Shown here piece after piece: positions 7,406-18,650 of a stretch of 64,000 nt of DNA (position 1 is the stretch's first letter; each line of letters opens with the position of its first letter). The position numbers were made by a program, and so were the translations under genes. The stretch spans positions 448,001 through 512,000 of the forward strand of contig CAWEWF010000014.1 in assembly GCA_963812605.1 (NCBI GenBank). Direction: 5' to 3'. The stretch is from an uncultured Verrucomicrobiae bacterium. Lineage in GTDB: Bacteria > Verrucomicrobiota > Verrucomicrobiia > Palsa-1439. The notes below the pieces were generated by a model. It saw only the letters and a program-made list of their open reading frames with translations, searched no databases and was not told the DNA's origin.

Positions 7406-10242
7406 ATGGCCGATCAGCCATCACGCGAAGAGCAAATCGTCAACGCCGTGTTGCAGTTTGCGACGCGGGAGGAACGTGCTGCCTGCCTGAAGGGTGCGTG
7501 CGCGGGGGATGCGGCGCTGCTCCAACGCGTCGAAGTGCTGCTACAGACGCACGAGCAGGCTGGCGCCTCCCTCGATCCGAATGTAACCGTCAAATCGTCG
7601 CCTTCGACGGCTGTGCCGTTGGTTGAGCCTCTTACCGAGAAGGCCGGTGACCGCCTTGGCCGCTACAAGTTGCTGCAGAAAATCGGCGAAGGCGGTTGCG
7701 GCGTGGTCTATATGGCCGAGCAGGAGGAGCCGGTCCGCCGCCGCGTGGCCCTCAAGGTCATCAAGCTGGGCATGGACACCAAACAGGTCATCGCCCGCTT
7801 CGAGGCCGAGCGGCAGGCGCTGGCCATGATGGACCATCCCAACATCGCCAAGGTGCTCGATGCCGGCGCGACCGACACGGGCCGGCCTTACTTCGTCATG
7901 GAACTGGTGCGCGGCATCACGATCACCGATTACTGCGACCAGAACAATCTGTCCACCGCGCGAGCGGCTGGAACTTTTCATCCAGGTCTGCCACGCCATC
8001 CAGCATGCGCACCAGAAGGGCATCATCCACCGCGACATCAAGCCCTCGAACATCCTGGTCACGCTCCACGACGGCGTGCCGGTGCCCAAGGTGATCGATT
8101 TCGGCATCGCCAAGGCCACCGACCAGCCGCTGACGGACAAGACGCTCTTCACGCAGTTCGAGCAGTTCATCGGCACGCCGGCCTACATGAGTCCCGAGCA
8201 GGCGGAAATGAGCGGCCTGGACATCGACACCCGCAGCGACATCTACAGCCTGGGCGTGCTGCTGTACGAATTGCTGACCGGCAAGACCGCCATTCGACGC
8301 CGACGAGCTGGTCGAATCCGGCGTCGACGCCATGCGCCGGACCATCCGCGAGAAGGAACCGGCGCGCCCGTCGACGCGCCTGAGCACGCTGGCCGCAGCC
8401 GAACTGACGGCCACCGCGAAGACAACGCGGGACCGAGCGCGCCCAAGCTCATCCACTCTGGTGCGCGGCGATCTGGACTGGATTGTGATGAAGTGTTTGG
8501 AGAAGGACCGCACCCGCCGATACGAGACGGCCAACGGGCTGGCGATGGACGTGCAGCGCTATCTCGACAACGAACCGGTCACGGCCCGTCCGCCCTCGAC
8601 CGCGTACCGGTTCCAGAAAGCGTTTCGCCGTCACAAACTGGCGTTTGCGGCGGGCGGTGCCGTGATTGCGGTGCTGATCCTGGGTGTGATTGGCACGACC
8701 ATTGGGTTCATACGATCGGAGAGACAACGTCGTGTCGCGGAAGCGGCTCAACATCTGGCCCAGGAGAACTTTGATCAGGCCCGCGCAGCGGTGGGCGACC
8801 TCCTGGCAGTTTCGGACGAGGATCTGTATGACCTGCCGGGAATGCAGCCCCTGCGCGAGAAACTGATGCGCGCCGCCATTGACCGGTACAAGCCATTTCT
8901 CGATCGGCCATCCGCCGACCCTGCGCCGCGGGCCGAGCTGGCACGGCTGTATGTCAAATATGGTTTCACCGCTGCGGGCAACGGCGCCGACTACGCCGCG
9001 GTCGTCAAACCTGCTTTCGAATCTGCATTCGCTATCCAAGAGGCATTGGTCCGGGAACATCCGGAAAACCGGGCGCTACGGTCGGACCTTGGCTGGACGT
9101 ATATCTCGTATTCATGGAGTGGCCGTCATATCGCCGATTTCCAAAAAGCCACGAGAACGGCGGTTGCGATATTTGAGGCTCTGGTGGCCGAAGCTCCCAG
9201 CGATCCGCTGGCCCGATCCGACCTCTCGATGGCGCTGTGGGAGAGCACTTGGGGTTCAGACGACGCCGGCAGCCGCGCGGCAACCGTGCGGGCACTGGCT
9301 ATTCGAGAGCAACTGGTGAAGGAGTTCCCGCAGTCAGCGGAGTTCCGCCGCGATCTGGCCACGAGTCTGCAATGGCAAGGTTACTGGCAAGCTTACCACC
9401 TGACGGATGATCACGCCGCCGCGCTGGCCATGTTGTCCCGCGCCACCGACCTGCGAAGGGCGCTGGTGGCAGACATGGAACAACGTATCCCAGCGATCTG
9501 GTTACCATCACGCCCGCGGGATTCAGAGGCCCTACTGCTGCGCCCTAGCTTGATGTGGACCAAACGCGACGTGGCATTCGGGTGCGCGGCGGTCGCCTAT
9601 CTGCGCGGACATCTCAAACAGTGGCCCGAGGCGCTCATGTTGTCTGACCGGGCCACGGGCATCTACCGCCAGTTAGTGGAGCAGAACCCTTCCATGAAGC
9701 AGTTCATTAGCGAGTTCGGTGCTTCAACCGATTATGGCGCAATGGCGGCGGAGGCTGCGGGAGATGTGGATGCCGCGCAAGCCCGTCGTCTGGAGGCGGT
9801 CAATTTCCTGCGTGTCCGGTTCCCCGCCGATGATCCTGCGCTGGCTCGCGCGTTGGCCGAATTCACGTTCTCACTCCTTGGCCGCGGGAAATTTTCCGAG
9901 GCCGAACCGACGGCTCGCGAGTGTTTGACCACTTACGAGAAGAAGCTTCCGGACGACTGGCGGACATTCAATGCGCGGAGCATTTTGGGCGGCAGTTTGC
10001 TGGGTCAGAAAAAATATGCTGAAGCCGAACCACTCCTACTCTCGGGGTACGAGGGGCTGAAGCAGCGTGAAGACAAGATTGCCTTTGCCGGCAATCCCTT
10101 GGAGCAGTGGCGCTTTCCCGTCGACAATAAACCATGGCTCAAGGAGGCCGTTCGGCGACTGGTGCAACTCTACGAAGCCACGGGCCGGCCCGACCAGGCC
10201 GCCCAGTGGAAGAAGACGCTCGAAGCGATGACCACACCCTGA
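7406..10242 (+). CDS. Membrane Ser/Thr protein kinase with TPR-like C-terminal region; frameshifted near 7957 and 8287 (probable sequencing indels)
   Basis: [48 protein letters not shown] spread over ORFs 7406.., 7860.. and 8332..10242; TM helix then helical repeats. Confidence 0.9.
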
Positions 10243-10291
10243 GGGAAAGCGCCTTGACAACTCCGAAACCTGATCCACATATTCTTGAACC

Positions 10292-12484
10292 ATGAGTTTT
10301 TTAGCCAAACCAAATCTGTCTTGCTCGCGAAACGTCAAAAGTAAATTACTATCCCTCGTCCTTCCAGTCCTGGTTGCCGTGCCGTGCCGCGCCCAGTTGA
10401 ACTATCCACCGACGAAAACCGTCGATGTCTCGGACACCTATTTCGGGAAGACGTACAATGATCCTTATCGCTGGCTGGAGGACATGAAGGACAAGGATGT
10501 CGAAGCCTGGTTCAAGGCCCAGGCGGAATTGACGGATGGCCTGCTCGCAAAGATCCCGGGAAGGGATGCGCTGGTGCAGGAATGGCTGGCGTTGGACAAA
10601 CTCAAACCTGCGGCTTACGCGGACATCCAGTATGAGCATGGGCGGGTTTTTTACAAAAAGACGCTCGGTGGCGAAAACGTGGGCAAACTCTATTTTCGTC
10701 AAGGTTGGAACGGGACGGAAAAACTGCTCTTTGATCCCGGCACGTATAAAGCCGGTGTGATCACGACCATCCAAAGCATTGTCCCTTCGTGGGACGGGAA
10801 ATACATCGCCATGGGGTTTTCTTCAGGCGGCGCTGAATGGTCAGAGATCCGGGTGTTGGATGTGGACCGGGGAACCTTGCTGCCGGAGAGCATCTACCCT
10901 TCCTATGGGCCCTACGGTTGGATGAAGGACAGCAAGTCTTTATTCTATGACGCGGGCAAGGTTGCAGACATCAAGAGCCTCGAAATCGAACTGAACCGCA
11001 AAACCAAGGTGCACAAGCTCGGCACCGAGGTCGCGACCGACGTCGATATGTTCAGCAACGAGAGCGACCCTGAACTGGGGATCACCGCCAAGGAGATGCC
11101 GGGTGCTTCGATTGACGAATCGTATCCAAGCTACATCGTCGGTTCCGTGGGAACCGTGCAAAACGAGATGCGGTTGTATTATGCTCCCGTCTCCGAGTTG
11201 AAGAACAAGAAGATCAAGTGGGATGTGCTGTGCAAGCCCTCGGACAATCTGGTGCGGGGATTCGAGTTCCATGGGGATTATGTTTACGCGGTGACCCATA
11301 CCGACGCACCCAAGTACAAGGTGGTGCGGACGAGCGCGAAGCATCCGGACTGGGACCACGCCGAGACCGTGATTCCCGAGGGGGCGGACTCCATCCAGCA
11401 CATCACGAAGAGCCGGCACTATCTTCTCGTCGTGTACTCCAACGGGGTTGTCGGCCGCCTCGTGAAGTATGACCTGAGCAACGGCAAGACCACCGAGATC
11501 AAGCTCCCGGCGTCGGGGACCCTGAGCGTCAGTTGTCCGGATTGGAGAACGGACCGTTGCCTGGTGTATATCAGCTCCTGGATCTCACCGTTGGCGATCT
11601 ATGATTTCGACGCGCACAAGGACACGTTCGCAAAGAGCATTTTCAACACGGACGTCTCGTATCCGGGTTTCGAGAACCTGGTCTCCGAGGAAGTCGAGGT
11701 GCCCGGACACGACGGGACCATGATCCCGCTCTCCATCATTCACAAGAAGGGCATCCCGATGGACGGATCGAACTGCTGCATTCTCACCGGCTACGGCGCT
11801 TATGGGATCAGTATAACTCCGCACTTTAGTATTCTGAATTCGGTGGCCACCCACGGGGTGGTGCTGGCGACTGCACATCCGCGGGGCGGCAGCGAAAAGG
11901 GCGAGGCATGGTACAAGGCCGGTTACAAGACGACCAAGCCGAATACCTGGAAGGACTTCATTTCCTGCGCGGAGTACCTCGTGAAGAAGGGGTATACCAG
12001 TCCCCAGAAGCTCGCCGGAACCGGCACCAGCGCCGGCGGAATCCTCATCAGCCGGGCCATCACGGAACGCCCAGATTTATTTGCTGCCGCGGTTTGCAAT
12101 GTCGGGTGTGCGAACGCGATGCGGCTGGAGTTCTCGCCCAATGGACCGGTCAATACGCCGGAATTTGGCACCGTGAAAGACCCCGTTGAATGCCAGGCGC
12201 TGTTTGAGATGGACGGCGTCCAGCACGTCGAGAAAGGCGTGAAGTACCCTGCGGTGATGGGTGTGGGCGGCTGGAATGATCCCCGCGTCACGGCGTGGGA
12301 ACCTGGCAAATTCGTGGCGGCCTTGCAGGCGGCAACGTCCTCGAGCAATCCGGTCCTGATGAAGGTGAACTACGACAACGGCCATTTCACGGAGGAGAAG
12401 AGTGTCACCTTCAAAAACTTCGCGGGCCAGTTCGCCTTTGTCCTTTGGCAGACCGGGCACAAAGACTTCCAGCCGGTGAAGTAG
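10292..12484 (+). CDS. Prolyl oligopeptidase (S9A), secreted
   Basis: Signal peptide, DPYRWLED, GYGAYG, GTSAGG nucleophile, ND-PRV Asp and NGH His. Confidence 0.93.
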   Translation: MSFLAKPNLSCSRNVKSKLLSLVLPVLVAVPCRAQLNYPPTKTVDVSDTYFGKTYNDPYRWLEDMKDKDVEAWFKAQAELTDGLLAKIPGRDALVQEWLALDKLKPAAYADIQYEHGRVFYKKTLGGENVGKLYFRQGWNGTEKLLFDPGTYKAGVITTIQSIVPSWDGKYIAMGFSSGGAEWSEIRVLDVDRGTLLPESIYPSYGPYGWMKDSKSLFYDAGKVADIKSLEIELNRKTKVHKLGTEVATDVDMFSNESDPELGITAKEMPGASIDESYPSYIVGSVGTVQNEMRLYYAPVSELKNKKIKWDVLCKPSDNLVRGFEFHGDYVYAVTHTDAPKYKVVRTSAKHPDWDHAETVIPEGADSIQHITKSRHYLLVVYSNGVVGRLVKYDLSNGKTTEIKLPASGTLSVSCPDWRTDRCLVYISSWISPLAIYDFDAHKDTFAKSIFNTDVSYPGFENLVSEEVEVPGHDGTMIPLSIIHKKGIPMDGSNCCILTGYGAYGISITPHFSILNSVATHGVVLATAHPRGGSEKGEAWYKAGYKTTKPNTWKDFISCAEYLVKKGYTSPQKLAGTGTSAGGILISRAITERPDLFAAAVCNVGCANAMRLEFSPNGPVNTPEFGTVKDPVECQALFEMDGVQHVEKGVKYPAVMGVGGWNDPRVTAWEPGKFVAALQAATSSSNPVLMKVNYDNGHFTEEKSVTFKNFAGQFAFVLWQTGHKDFQPVK

Positions 12485-12570
12485 ACAAGCAGAGCCTTGG
12501 ATTCACGCGTTGGCTCACGGGCCGTCAAAGCAACGTATCCGGCTGGGTAGGGAACGATCCACCCGCGCGA

Positions 12571-15500
12571 TCAAGGTATTGAGATGTCGATGCGATAGAA
12601 TTTCGCGGGTTGTGTCGCGTTTGTATCCGTGATGGACACCTGGTTGCCATTCGTTACCGGACCTGTAAACGTCGTGAGCGGCAGCCAGATGTCGCTGACC
12701 AGGTCCGTGCTGAACTGAGGGGTGTAAGTGCGCCCCGCCGGCACCGGGCCGAACTGCACGCTGGGTTGACTGACAGATGCGCCGGCGTACAACTGTTGAA
12801 TCTCTTGCTCCGAGAGTGCGCGGTTGTAGACCCGAACGTCGTCGATATCGCCGGGGAAGTATTCGTTGCCGTAGGAAGCGTCCGCCCCGATATAGAAATC
12901 CGGCTGACTTTGTCCAAATTGCTCGCCAGTGTCTGAGTTCTCGCAAGTGCCATTGACATACAGACAGCGGTTACCCGATGCATCACTGGTCACGGCCACA
13001 TGATACCATGCATTGGAGTCCCATTGGGCCCTCACTTGTGAGAGAAGGTAGAGACCCCCGGCCGTGCCATAGATGTAGAACTCAATCTGCCCAGGAAACC
13101 CGCTATAGGTATCGTTCATGAAAATGGCAGGCGTGGTCCCGTTTTGTCCGGGGTTGCCTCCCTGGCTAATTAGATCAACTGGCAGGTTTGTGGCCGTAAA
13201 TCCCGGCCGAAACCATATTGACCAGGTAAACGGATTGCCGGTGGTCAATTCCGTCGGGACACGAATGTATCCACTCGTACCGTCACAATGCAACGCGCTA
13301 TTCGGATTGCCAAATCTGTCGTTGGTAAGCGTAATGCCGCCAACAGCAATCCCGGTATGCCCATTGCCCGAGGCATCATTGGTCAAATTCCCAGTGAACG
13401 GGTAATATGCGGAGAGGCCACCGGTTACATTGAAGTTTGTCGAAATCAAGGTAATGTTGAGCCCAAAAGCCGACGAGGGGTTGGTCGGGTCAAGGCCCGC
13501 GATATACTTGAAGAGATTATTCTGGCCGGTGCCATCGAAGTCGCACGTGGCGCAGGAGGTCGAACCGGTGGACGATCCCGTCCCGAAGTACTGTTGACGC
13601 CACCAATTGGGGATGCCATCGCCGATGGTATCGGTGTTGTACAATTGCGTAATTTCGGAGGACGAGAGCGCACGTCCGCAGACCCGCACGTCATCCAAGG
13701 CGCCGCTAAATATGCTGGAGACATTGCCGGAGGGGGCGCTCCCGATGGCCAAGAGGTCGGGCGTAATGGCCAGGACGCCACTGGCGGGTTGTAGAGCGGC
13801 GATCTGGCCATCGATGTACAGGATCATCGATGATCCGTTAAAGGTGCCTGCCAGGTAATGCCAACTCCCGGCTGATGGGGCGCTCGCGAGCAAAACACCG
13901 TTGCTGACGCCGGGCAGCAGGAACTCCAGCTGGCCGGTCGTTGCGGAAAGCAGGGCGTACTGGTTATCCGAATTGCCTTTTTCCAGGATGCGTGGCGCGT
14001 GGCCGCCGCTGCCCCAAGAACTGGCGTTGACCCAGGCTGAGATGGTGATGCCGCTGAAGGGATTGAGGGAAGGAGAATTTGAAATGATCACCTCGGTCTG
14101 ACCATCAAAGTGCAAGGCTCCGCCGAAGACGCCGCCGACCCACGATATGGGATTGGCGAGCAGGTTGAGAATGGCGCCCGTGTTCGTGTTACCCGAAAAA
14201 TCGTTCGCCGTGCTTCCGCTACCTTCATCAAACGTCCAGTAACCCAGCAGTCCGGTTTGGCATTGGCCGCCGCCGTCCGCGCAGGGCGGGACCTGGAAGG
14301 TAAGTTGTAGTCCATTAGCGAGAACACCGCTGCTGCACTCAAATTGGCTGAAGTCATTGGTATTGTTTTGAACGCCGACCGTGCCGCTACTGCCGTTGCC
14401 GTTCAGGTTGCCGTAAATGATATCGAAGCGTTGCTGGTTCTCGTAGAGGCACACTTCGAAATTGACCGTCGACGTGGACACGCCGCCGCTGTAGTACACG
14501 GCACGCCACTCGATGTTGAAAACGCGGTTTGGCGCAACGCCTGTGGTCGAGGTGAAGACCCCGTTGCCGCTGCCGTCGGTCCGTAAATCCTGCCATTGCG
14601 GGAAGATACTTTGGTCAACCCCGTAGGCCGGTAGACAGACATTCTTGGGAGTGGCGTTGCTGCCAGTGAATTGGAGGTTTCCGTTGGAACTCAGCGTTAC
14701 GTTGGAATAGGACTGTCCATAAAACGGGTAGGCGAATGGCAGGCCAATCGTGGTGCAGCAGTCGTCGCAATGATTCCCGGTATCGGTAACGCCCGGCACG
14801 ATGCTGGCGCCGTTCGTTTGCGTGATGGCGTAGACACTGCTGCTCGGGATCGTGTAATTGAGCGTACTCGAGCCGGTGTTGAAGGTGACCGCCAGACTGA
14901 GCGCGACGGGAGCACCGCAGACGAAGGATGGCGACGTGGTGATCTGGAAAGGAATTGTGTTGGAGGCAGTGGCGGTTGGCACGAGGCTCGGATACGTCGA
15001 TGTCGGCTGAAGAATGGTCACGCCGGGCGTGGTGGTGCTTAACGTGACATTCACGACGTTGGCGGTGCCATTGCCGAAATTCTGAATCGACACAGAGAGA
15101 AAATTGCACTCATCCGGATCGATCGCTCCGTTCCCATTTCCGCCAGTTACCGTCGTTCCAACGACAGTGAGGAGCGGGCTCAGATTCGCGGACAGCAGGG
15201 CGTTGATTAAATTTATCCCCGCGGGAGTGCCCCAGCCCGTACAAAGGTCATAACCGGCAACCGCATTAAAGTTCACGGGACTTTTGCCGGAAGTATTGTT
15301 ACCGGTGATCGTATCGTGAAAGCTCGTGGCGTACCTTGATCCAAGGCCCAGCGTGTAGACCACCGGGTTGAGAAACCCGACCGGCGCAGCGCCCTGGCTG
15401 GCGGCTTGTTGATTGACGAGGGCTGTGAAGCCGGCCCACAGCGGCGATGCGCAACTCGTGCCGCCAACATCCAGGTTTCCGCCGTCAGCGCGGACATACA

Positions 15501-16897
15501 CGTTGTCCGCCGTCAATGCGACATCGGGAATGTTGTGGTGGGTCGTCGAGCCGTGGTTGGCGGTCATGCTCACGTTTGTCTGCCAGGCCGGGATGGGGTA
15601 TTGGGTGCTGATCCCGCCGGCGCTCCCGATACCGTTGCCCCAATTCCAAACGGTCTCCGAAACGAAGGCGCCGCCCGGACCGGTCGTGGTCAATGTGGTT
15701 CCGCCAACTTCCGTGATGTAGGGCGAGTCGTCAGGAAAGGGGATCAAGCCGGTGTAGGCATCGTAGTCGCCCGAGGCGGCAAAAAACGTCTGGCCCTGCG
15801 CCGCCATCTGCTGAAAAATCTGATCGGCAACCGGGTCCCGCCGGCTGACCCGGGCTATACCACGAACAGCTTATTTGTTTGGCCAGATTGTCGGTGACGA
15901 TCCGGTTCAGAACGTCGTGCCAGTTACCCGAAGGCCCCGCCTCGTAAATGATGACTTGGGACAGCCCTGGCGCCATGGAGATTGCCATTTCAATGTCCAA
16001 AGACACCTCGACTTCGCCGCCATTCCCGGTGGGCGTACCGCTAAATCCGTCCAGCAACACATTTGATAGCGGGACACTGGGGAGTCCGTTCACGCTCTCG
16101 TAGTAGGTAATGTCAGCCGCCGTATAACCATCAAACTGTAGCAGCCCGACAATCTGCCCCAAGCCGTTCAGGGATGAACCCGGCACGTACGCCGCCCGGA
16201 AATCGTTTCCCATGTATTCGCCGCCAGGCCCGGAACCACTGCTCGGCTGCGCTTGTGGCTGGCCAGCCGATCGAATTTTGACAAGCGGCTGCGGCACGCT
16301 GAAATTACTCAGGCCGCTAATGCCGAGGATCGAAATCCCCGCGGCAACCGACGGCTCGACGTCCGGCGCGTAGAACGTGCGCGGTTCCGTCGGGTGCTGG
16401 TAGACCCGCATCGTTACATGGAGAGCTTTCTCAATATCCGCCACTGACGCGGTGACACTGAGAAGGACTCGGTTCGGGTGGCGAGTGCTCACGATGAAAC
16501 CTTGAGAGGTTACGAAGGCGACCAGCGTCGCGTAATCCTTTTCGGTTGGACCAAAGTTCTCCGCAAACTGTTCTGGCGTTAGATAATGACGAAAATTAGG
16601 ACTTGTTGGATCGGAAACCTGCTGGAGGAAGGCGTTAAGCGCCGCCTGATTGCGTAACGGCAGTCCAATGGCCAGATTTAACCGATTCGTGCTTGCGAGC
16701 CGACCCAGCGGCTGTAGATTCAACTGCGTCACCACTGTCGGCACGGTGCCGTTTAGCACCTGACCTTCAGCGGTCTTTACAGCTATTACGAAAAGAAGCA
16801 GTACTGAGACGCGTGCAATGGTAAAAAGTGCCCCGAGAATCAGTGGTTTTGCCGACGCACAAAATTGCCGTTGTTTAGAGAACTCCCGTTGCTTCAT
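12571..16897 (-). CDS. Secreted S53 (sedolisin/kumamolisin-like) peptidase with pro-domain, two LamG domains and FYR-type C-terminal module; frameshift near 15838
   Basis: Pro-domain (YLTPEQFAENFGP), EVSLDIE, ASGD, GGTSCASP, GYDLCTGWGTP; LamG motifs (WHYLAGTF, WYHVAVT, IDDVRVYNRALS); ends PAKFYRIDISIP. ORFs 15731..16897 and 12571..15807 join if one base is removed. Confidence 0.9.
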
Positions 16898-17036
16898 TGA
16901 TCAAATGCCTCACCGGTCAACTCGGAACGTATTTCCAGCGCTGCGCCACAGCACGAGTTGGAGTGGGGAAGCGGCCTCCAAAACGAAGTGATACCGTACT
17001 TATAGGCCTGTGCCTATGGGATTACAAGACATTTCG

Positions 17037-17175
17037 GGTAGTGTATCAATTTGAGCCGAGACGCTTCTGCATTGTAGGGCAGGCGGCCCGCCTGCCACGT
17101 CGATGAACGACGGCAAGCGGGCCGCTTGCCCTACAAATCACGGCGGAACGGGTCTACTCAAAATGACACACTACC
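17037..17175. mobile_element. 139-bp MITE with 19-bp terminal inverted repeats and 8-bp target-site duplication, containing a REP doublet
   Basis: Left GGTAGTGTATCAATTTGAG (17037-17055); right end reverse complement GGTAGTGTGTCATTTTGAG (17157-17175), 17/19 identical; flanked by ACATTTCG at 17029-17036 and 17176-17183; internal inverted pair 17072-17096 / 17112-17136. Confidence 0.88.
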
Positions 17176-17292
17176 ACATTTCGTGTGGCGAACTCGTGGC
17201 GCGCCTTGCAGGGGACAACGGCCACTTCACAGAGGAGAGAGGATTGGGGATTGCTTTGCGTCTCGCGGATGCGTGTCGTCGCAAAAACTATC

Positions 17293-17607
17293 TTAACTTC
17301 TGCTTGTCCGCGAGGGAGAATCGAGCTGCTTGTTTTCAGCCTGTTCCATTTTGTTAAACAGCTCGGTCCTGGCTGCGGAGTGGCTGACCATATTCTCGTT
17401 TATCTCCACGACTCGCAACGCTCCCTGCGGATTCCGTTTCATTACGACGTAACTCCAGGTACCCGTCTGCTCATGATCGATGGCGCCCATGATAGTATTG
17501 TCTTCGTTCGCGAACCACTCGACCAGATCCCCGGTATACGATTCAAGTAAAGGTCTGGCGGGAAAGAGTTTGTCAAATTCGTCGCGGGAAATTGCTCTAA
17601 AATCCAT
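17293..17607 (-). CDS. Small hypothetical protein
   Basis: MDFRAISRDEFDKLFP...VEWFANEDNTIMGAI; globular composition, same strand as upstream pair. Confidence 0.6.
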   Translation of the reverse strand: MDFRAISRDEFDKLFPARPLLESYTGDLVEWFANEDNTIMGAIDHEQTGTWSYVVMKRNPQGALRVVEINENMVSHSAARTELFNKMEQAENKQLDSPSRTSRS

Positions 17608-17823
17608 TGGTAATCTGCCTTTCTGCATTCCGCCTGAATGTTGCCGTAATTGAATCCCTTTTCCATCGGATGAATGCGGATTTTGAGGTCGGACAAAAGC
17701 CTAGTGGGGAACGTTTGCGGATTGCTTCGCGTCTCGCGGGCTTGGCGTTGGATCTTCGATCGGAAATTGAGCGCTGGCTAGAAATATGCGATTGTGCGGG
17801 ACTGACCCCTTTTCCGGTACTGA

Positions 17824-18639
17824 TCACTTCGGCGGTTCATTCAGGAATGAAAAATGAATCTGATACCAGCCGTTCGTGCCCGGTCGCCCGATGTCGTAGC
17901 CCCGTTCGTAATACTCCTTGTTGTGTGTGTCACGGAAACGGATCTCCTCTTCTGGAAATGGCTCAACGATCCATCCCATCCGGCAGGTGATGGCAAGCTC
18001 GGTCAGTAACTCTCGCAGGGTAATATTGCGAAACGAGCGCGGTTGCAGCTTCTGAACGAACTCTTGTCCTCTAAATTCACCGATGTGAACCTGATACTTC
18101 ATCAGGAATACTCCGAGGACTTTTCGATACCACCCTTGATTGATCTGCTCTTGGTTGATGGAGAATTCCGGCACGGGTTGATTCAACGGCCAATCTTTTC
18201 GCTCTTGAATGCCGTGCGCGAAAACGTGTAGGCACCGGCCGCCACCGATTATCTCGTATGTATAGCGCGGCTGATCTTTCAGGATCTCCTTTATCGCCTG
18301 CTCGATGGTGACATCCTTGAGATCGACTTTGAACGCGGTGGCCCACTTTTCTATCCGTCGTTTCTGCTCTTCGGAAGGGGCACGGAACAGGCCGAGCTTG
18401 TCTCTCACCGACATATCTTGGTACGTAAGCGTATCCAATTCGAACAGGTACGGAATACCGCTCCTATCCAGTAAGACCATAAGCCCAATGGCCCAATTGG
18501 GCTTCACGGTGCGGAATTCCGACAATTTACGGGATAGGTCAATCGGGGGTTGGTTGCCGTCCTGGGCTGAAATCCGATTGTTTGTGCTCGTCAAAACAAT
18601 AATCGCTGTCAGCAATGTTTTTCGAAAGGAATGATTCAT
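17824..18639 (-). CDS. Exported hypothetical protein, possible cognate partner/immunity protein of the upstream large protein
   Basis: GGAG RBS, ATG 11 nt past the upstream stop codon; signal-peptide-like start (MNHSFRKTLLTAIIVL...ISA/QD); two similar segments DLKDVTIEQAIKEIL and SFRNITLRELLTELA. Confidence 0.7.
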   Translation of the reverse strand: MNHSFRKTLLTAIIVLTSTNNRISAQDGNQPPIDLSRKLSEFRTVKPNWAIGLMVLLDRSGIPYLFELDTLTYQDMSVRDKLGLFRAPSEEQKRRIEKWATAFKVDLKDVTIEQAIKEILKDQPRYTYEIIGGGRCLHVFAHGIQERKDWPLNQPVPEFSINQEQINQGWYRKVLGVFLMKYQVHIGEFRGQEFVQKLQPRSFRNITLRELLTELAITCRMGWIVEPFPEEEIRFRDTHNKEYYERGYDIGRPGTNGWYQIHFSFLNEPPK

Positions 18640-18650
18640 GGGCGCTCCAA

